This document shows positions 59,195-64,000 of a stretch of DNA of 64,000 bases, piece by piece. The stretch's first letter is position 1. Each line of letters begins with the position of its first letter. Below the pieces are notes generated by a model that had not been told where the DNA came from, ran no database searches, and saw nothing but the letters and a program-made list of their open reading frames with translations. The position numbers and the translations under genes are program-made. Source of the DNA: Myxococcota bacterium (lineage in GTDB: Bacteria > Myxococcota_A > UBA9160 > JAFDDA01); NCBI GenBank assembly GCA_965228475.1, contig OZ245817.1, positions 2,848,001-2,912,000 on the forward strand, written 5' to 3'.

Positions 59195-59794
59195 TCAGGC
59201 AGTGCCCACGAGGTACGCGCGAACGAGGTCGGTGAGTTCCTCGGCGAGGCGCTCGCCGAAGTCTTCCTCGCTGACCGTGGCCCCCACGCCCTCGACCGAC
59301 GCCACGACCACGAATGCGGCGAGTTCGAGATCGGCGACGCGGAGCTCGGCCCGGTGCTCGGCGAGGAGGTCGCGTATGAACCCCACGCTGGCCGCGCGCG
59401 CTGCGGCGAGCTTCGTCCGGAACGTCGCGTTCGGCACCTGCTCGAGAGAGCGGTAGAAGCTCGGACCGTGTCGCATGGCCGCCATGGCGGCCCGCACGAC
59501 CTGCCCGAGCTTCGCGTCGATCGAGGCCCGCGCCGGCAGCGGCTCGCTCGCGATCGCACCGACGAGGCGTTCGAGTTCGCGGTCGATCAGGGCTTCGTAG
59601 ACCTCGGCCTTGTTGGCGAAGTACTCGTAGACGGTTCCGACGCTGACCCCGGCCTCCTCGGCGATCCGGTTCGTCGTGGCGGCGGCGTAGCCTCGCTGCG
59701 TCAGAACCCGAGCCGACGCCTCCAGAACGACGTCCACGGTCTCCCGCGCGCGACGCTGTTTCGCTTTTCTTCTCGGACGGTTAGGGCCCGCCAG
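59195..59794 (-). CDS. TetR/AcrR family regulator
   Basis: PRRKAKQRRARETV, ATTNRIAEEAGVSVGTVYEYFANK; start uncertain (CTG 59794 has the RBS). Confidence 0.88.
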   Translation of the reverse strand: MAGPNRPRRKAKQRRARETVDVVLEASARVLTQRGYAAATTNRIAEEAGVSVGTVYEYFANKAEVYEALIDRELERLVGAIASEPLPARASIDAKLGQVVRAAMAAMRHGPSFYRSLEQVPNATFRTKLAAARAASVGFIRDLLAEHRAELRVADLELAAFVVVASVEGVGATVSEEDFGERLAEELTDLVRAYLVGTA

Positions 59795-59915
59795 ACGAGC
59801 CCCCTCCGAAGATCGGAAACCCGAGTTGAGCAAAGTTGAGCATTTCTTCAATTTAGGCGCATCGCCCCAACCTCTCAAGGAGGCGCCCAGTGGGGCGCGT
59901 GAGGGAGATCCCGCC

Positions 59916-60638
59916 ATGGACCCGACCCAGGCCCGCTACTCGGGGGAGCCGACCCGCAACCCCTTCCGCTACGCGCGCGCCGCGTGGCGACTCATCCGCA
60001 ACGACCCTGCCGAGACCACGGACGAGGCCGCCATCATCGAGATCGGATTCGCCCGTTCCCGATTCGGCCGGCGCTTCGCGCGCTGGGAGCAGACCCTCGC
60101 GCACCTGAAGCGCGACCCGCGCACGGCGGCGGCGATGGAGGCACGCCGGGTCTTCGAACCGATCGACCTCGCCGCCCTCGAGCGGCTGCCGGCGGGCACG
60201 CTCGGCCGCGTCTTCGCGGAACACTGCCGAACGCGCGAGATCGACCCGAACCTCATCCACGTCCCGCCCGACGACGAGGTCGGCTGGTTCCTGAATCACC
60301 TCTACCGAACCCACGACGTCTGGCACGTCGTGACCGGCTGGGGAAACGACCTCCCCGGCGAAGTGGGCCTCGGCGCCTTCTACGCCGCGCAGCTCGGCTC
60401 CCCGCCGTTCTTCGGGTACATGTCGGCGCTGATCTTCTTGAACGTGATCTCGCGCCGAGCGGATCTCGACGGGGTCTTCGCCGCTTTCAGTGCCGGCTAT
60501 CGGATGGGAAAGACCTGCGAGCCGCTTTTCGGCGTCGCGTGGGACGAGCTGTGGGATGGGCCGATGAGCGACATCCGTGCCCGGTTCACGACCGACCGGT
60601 CGCAGGTCGTCGGCGAGGGGATCCTGCATGCCGCCTGA
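59916..60638 (+). CDS. Coq4-family protein
   Basis: LERLPAGTLGRVF, HDVWHVVTGWGNDLPGE, WDELW. Confidence 0.82.
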   Translation: MDPTQARYSGEPTRNPFRYARAAWRLIRNDPAETTDEAAIIEIGFARSRFGRRFARWEQTLAHLKRDPRTAAAMEARRVFEPIDLAALERLPAGTLGRVFAEHCRTREIDPNLIHVPPDDEVGWFLNHLYRTHDVWHVVTGWGNDLPGEVGLGAFYAAQLGSPPFFGYMSALIFLNVISRRADLDGVFAAFSAGYRMGKTCEPLFGVAWDELWDGPMSDIRARFTTDRSQVVGEGILHAA

Positions 60639-61512
60639 GCTCGCGACGCTCCCGGAAGCCCCCGAACCGGCGCCGATGGCAAGAGAGGCCGTGGTTCCGC
60701 GCCGTTTCATCGGCCCGCCCGACTCGGCGTGGAATCCGACGCTCTCCCTGATGCTCGGGTGCGTCCTCGGTTTCCTCGCCATGGCCTTCGCGATGCGGGG
60801 CGCTCACCTGCCCGCGTGGATCGCCATCGCAGGGCTCGCCGTCTCCTACTACGTCGTCTTCACCGTCCTGCACGACGCCATGCACGGCGTCGCTCACCGG
60901 AACCGCACCGTCAACGCGTGGCTCGGCCGGGTCGCGGGCTTCGCGTTGATGCTGCCGTACCCGCTCTTCCGCGCGGCGCACCTGGCCCACCACACCCACA
61001 CGAACGACCCCGAGCGCGACCCGGACATCATGGTCGCCTACCGCCCGGCGTGGCTCCGGCCGGTGTGGTTCCTCCTGACGCCCGCCCACTACCGGCGAAT
61101 CGTCTATGGCACGGGGCCCCTGCGAGACGCGGCCGCGCGCCGCGAAGCCTTCGCCACCGAAGCGCTGCTCCTCGCGAGCATGGGCGCCGCCGTGGCGCTC
61201 GGGCACGGCATGACGCTCCTGCAGCTCTGGGTGATCCCCGCCGTCCTGGCCATCCTCTGGCTCGCCCTCGCCTTCGATCTGCTGCCGCACCACCCTCACA
61301 CGACCCGCGAGCGCTACTACGACACGCGCGCCTACCCCGGGCGCTTCCTGAACGCCGTACTGCTCGGCCAGAACTACCACCTGGTCCATCACCTCTGGAC
61401 GACGATCCCGTGGTACCGCTACCGCCACGCCTACCGAGAGGTCGAGGCCGACCTCCTCTCGCGCGGCGCCCCGATCGGATGGGGACGCCTCGCAGAGCGG
61501 CCGCCCGGTTGA
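60628..61512 (+). CDS. Membrane fatty-acid desaturase / CrtR-like hydroxylase family
   Basis: HDAMH, HLAHH..DPD, LPHHPH, GQNYHLVHHLW. Confidence 0.88.
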   Translation: MPPELATLPEAPEPAPMAREAVVPRRFIGPPDSAWNPTLSLMLGCVLGFLAMAFAMRGAHLPAWIAIAGLAVSYYVVFTVLHDAMHGVAHRNRTVNAWLGRVAGFALMLPYPLFRAAHLAHHTHTNDPERDPDIMVAYRPAWLRPVWFLLTPAHYRRIVYGTGPLRDAAARREAFATEALLLASMGAAVALGHGMTLLQLWVIPAVLAILWLALAFDLLPHHPHTTRERYYDTRAYPGRFLNAVLLGQNYHLVHHLWTTIPWYRYRHAYREVEADLLSRGAPIGWGRLAERPPG

Positions 61513-61517
61513 GAGAC

Positions 61518-62828
61518 GTGCTGAACTCCCCCCGGATTCCGTTGTGGGCGGCGGCCCTCCTGCTCGCGAGCGGCGTTGCTTCCGCGGCGGAGGATGCCCT
61601 GCCGGGCAATGCGCCCCTTCGCGAGGGGGAGGTCATCTCCTTCGACGCCATCGACCGGCTCGAACCCCACCTGCCGCCCGAACTGTGGCCCTACCGGGAG
61701 TTCGTCTTCTACGAGGGAATGCAGCTCGAGATCGGACCGCCCTTCCGCGAGTACGGCCCGCCGCCCGTCTATCGGGAGGCGACCGAGACGAACCGCGGCA
61801 AGGCGCGCATCGGCCCCGACGGGAGCCTCGAGAACTACGCCGCCGGCCAGCCTTTCCCCATGGAGGAGATCGACTGCGAGGGCGACCCCCAGGCCGGCGA
61901 GAAGATCATCTGGAACTTCGACTACCGCTGGCAGGGCGCCGGAACGGCCGGCCACGGCTACTACTCCTATTGGGATCGTGGGGAAGAACTGCCCCTGTAC
62001 TACGAAGGATGGGCCCGCCAGGTCTGGCTCGCCCACCGGCCCGAGCCTCAGTACGCCGGGAACGGAGGCGATCTCTTTCGCGGCGAAAAGCGCAAGCTCG
62101 CCTACGGCGTCGAGGTCTGGGCGCCCTTCGACGCCAAGGGCATCTCGCTCCTCAGCTACCGCTACAAGTCGGCCGACGGCCCGCTCGCGGACGCGAAGAA
62201 CGACGATACCTGGGTCTACGTCCCGGCCCTGCGGCGCGTGAGGCGCATCTCGACGGCCCAGCGCACCGACGCCGTCTCCGGCACGGACTTCACGTTCGAC
62301 GACTTCTCGGGCTTCTTCGGAATCCCCCCGCAATACGAATGGAGCTGCCTCGGCCGGGTGGACGTCCTCGCCACGGTGAACTCGAAGGTCAAGGCCTACC
62401 CCTACACGAAGGATCACAACTTCGGGCCCTACGGCCTGTCCTTCGCCAACGATCGCTGGGAGATGCGGCGCGCCTTCAAGATCCGTTTCGTCCCCAAGAA
62501 CGACGACCACCCGTACGCCTACAAGACGCTCTACATCGATCGGGACACCGCAGAGATGCTCTACTCCTTTGCCTACGACCGGAAGGAGGAGCTCTGGAAG
62601 ATCATCTACCACAACAAGCGCTGGAGTGAGGACGGCCACGAGTTCTACGAGGGCTGGAAGGACGTCCCGAAACCCATGGACAGCGTCTCGATCGCCGACG
62701 TCGTCTTGAACGTCCAGACGGGAACGGGCAACCGGATCGAGTTCTGGGACGCCCACGGCACGCCGCTCAAGAGCAAGGGAAAGACCCGGCGCTTCATCGA
62801 CATCGGCCGCCTGAACCAGGGGCGCTGA
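61518..62828 (+). CDS. DUF1329-family periplasmic protein
   Basis: Signal peptide; YAAGQPFP, DPQAGEKIIWN, DDTWVYVPALRRVRRIS..RTD, WEMR, YDRKEELWK. Confidence 0.82.
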   Translation: MLNSPRIPLWAAALLLASGVASAAEDALPGNAPLREGEVISFDAIDRLEPHLPPELWPYREFVFYEGMQLEIGPPFREYGPPPVYREATETNRGKARIGPDGSLENYAAGQPFPMEEIDCEGDPQAGEKIIWNFDYRWQGAGTAGHGYYSYWDRGEELPLYYEGWARQVWLAHRPEPQYAGNGGDLFRGEKRKLAYGVEVWAPFDAKGISLLSYRYKSADGPLADAKNDDTWVYVPALRRVRRISTAQRTDAVSGTDFTFDDFSGFFGIPPQYEWSCLGRVDVLATVNSKVKAYPYTKDHNFGPYGLSFANDRWEMRRAFKIRFVPKNDDHPYAYKTLYIDRDTAEMLYSFAYDRKEELWKIIYHNKRWSEDGHEFYEGWKDVPKPMDSVSIADVVLNVQTGTGNRIEFWDAHGTPLKSKGKTRRFIDIGRLNQGR

Positions 62829-62832
62829 GCCG

Positions 62833-64000
62833 GTGCGTCGCGCTCCCCTCCTGCTCGCCGCGGTCCTCGCCCTCCTGTCCGCCAGCGCCGCGGCGGATTC
62901 CCGCCCCAAGCTGGTCTCGCCGGATGCGGGGCGATTCCGGGTCGGCGGATACGTCGAACAGCAGCTCCGGGCCCTGGCGGACGGCTTCGACATGGACCGG
63001 GGCTACCTGAGCCAATGGGCGTGGGTGCTCGACGTCGAGCCGGAGTTCGAGATCGCGCCCGACGGCTGGGGACCCTTCGACAGTCTCTCCGCCTTCGCCC
63101 GCATCGAGGCGCGCTACGAGTGCGTCTTCACGGGCTGCGGCAGCACGACCTGGCAGCACTTCGGCAACCGCGCGCGCCGGGCCCCCGCGCGCAACTGGGC
63201 CGATGCCGAGACCGAGCGCTTCGTCGGCGGCATCGGGCTTGCGGGCGTCGGCGTGGGACAGCGCGACGTCCACACCAACGCGCTGAAGCTCCTCGATGCC
63301 ACCTTCACACCGCGCTTCGAGCGCTTCTTCGACGTCGGGATCCCGCGCTCGACGGTACGCTCGGCGCTCGGCCCCCTCGGCGACGACCGCTTCGCCTTCA
63401 AGCGCATCGACGGGCCCCGCGAGGGTCTCGCCCTCCCCCTCGGGCCGTGGAACCCCTCGTCGGAGATCGAATCCGTCTCCCCTCTCGCCGGCCGACCGTC
63501 GTCGACGCTCGCCCTGCCCCTGCGGCCCTCCACCGGCGACCTCTACACGCCGAGCGCCGCGCTACTTCGCCGGATCGACGAGTTCGACGACTTCGACCAG
63601 AACTTCCGGCAGAGCGATCTCGAGTGGAACCACGGGGCGAGCCAGGACGAGTACGAGTTGAAGGAGGCGTACATCGACGCCGAGCTGTTCGACGGCCGGC
63701 TCTGGATCCGGGCGGGCAAGCAGAACGTCGTCTGGGGGAAGACCGAGCTCTTCCGCACCACCGACCAGATGAACCCGATCGACATCGGGCTCGCCTCACT
63801 CCCGAGCCTCGAGGAGAGCCGCGTAGCGCTCTGGGCGTTCCGGGCGACCTGGTCGGCCTACGAGATCGGCCCTCTCGAAGACGTGCGGCTCGAAGTGGCG
63901 GTGAACCTCGACGACTTCGAACCCATCGACACCGGACGGTGCGGGGAACCCTATACCGTGTGGCTCATCTGCGCGAAGTCGACGGGACTCTGGGCACACG
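62833..64000 (+). CDS. DUF1302-like outer-membrane protein (partial, runs off window end)
   Basis: Absent from the ORF track because there is no stop. GTG-RRAPLLLAAVLALLSASAAA signal; ELKEAYID, RAGKQNVVWGKTELFRTTDQMNPID. Confidence 0.78.
   Translation, partial: MRRAPLLLAAVLALLSASAAADSRPKLVSPDAGRFRVGGYVEQQLRALADGFDMDRGYLSQWAWVLDVEPEFEIAPDGWGPFDSLSAFARIEARYECVFTGCGSTTWQHFGNRARRAPARNWADAETERFVGGIGLAGVGVGQRDVHTNALKLLDATFTPRFERFFDVGIPRSTVRSALGPLGDDRFAFKRIDGPREGLALPLGPWNPSSEIESVSPLAGRPSSTLALPLRPSTGDLYTPSAALLRRIDEFDDFDQNFRQSDLEWNHGASQDEYELKEAYIDAELFDGRLWIRAGKQNVVWGKTELFRTTDQMNPIDIGLASLPSLEESRVALWAFRATWSAYEIGPLEDVRLEVAVNLDDFEPIDTGRCGEPYTVWLICAKSTGLWAH

Noticed and set aside
47190..59839. Very long ORFs 47190-50612(-), 47609-50557(+) and 56306-59839(+)
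   Set aside because: Off-frame or antisense shadows of well-supported genes, with no recognisable motifs

Overview
A 64-kb, very GC-rich bacterial chromosomal segment densely packed with about 62 genes, mostly for lipid, isoprenoid/steroid-like and aromatic catabolism. It holds serine esterases, BVMOs, two P450s, acyl-CoA synthetases, an acyl-CoA dehydrogenase and hydratases, SDRs, a carotenoid oxygenase, two CrtR-like desaturases, two Coq4-like proteins, a sulfotransferase/alkylsulfatase pair, three GSTs and a four-subunit 2-oxoacid:ferredoxin oxidoreductase. It also has six TetR regulators and one FadR, a partial aceE at the left edge and a DUF1329/DUF1302-like pair at the right edge. The gene content resembles uncultured Myxococcota/Binatota-type heterotrophs (inference only). 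I saw no rRNA, tRNA, CRISPR or mobile element. The top signal is a glutathione peroxidase gene (6245-6718) that the ORF track truncates. Its catalytic codon is an in-frame TGA followed by a perfect SECIS-like hairpin, so it is very likely a bacterial selenoprotein. Other signals: a 12-bp motif shared by two divergent promoters, suggesting a FadR-controlled P450/beta-oxidation regulon; an esterase whose RBS+ATG is out of frame; several visible TetR operators; a probably leaderless TetR mRNA; and a Thr-type 'sulfatase'. All family assignments come from motif recognition by eye, not database searches.
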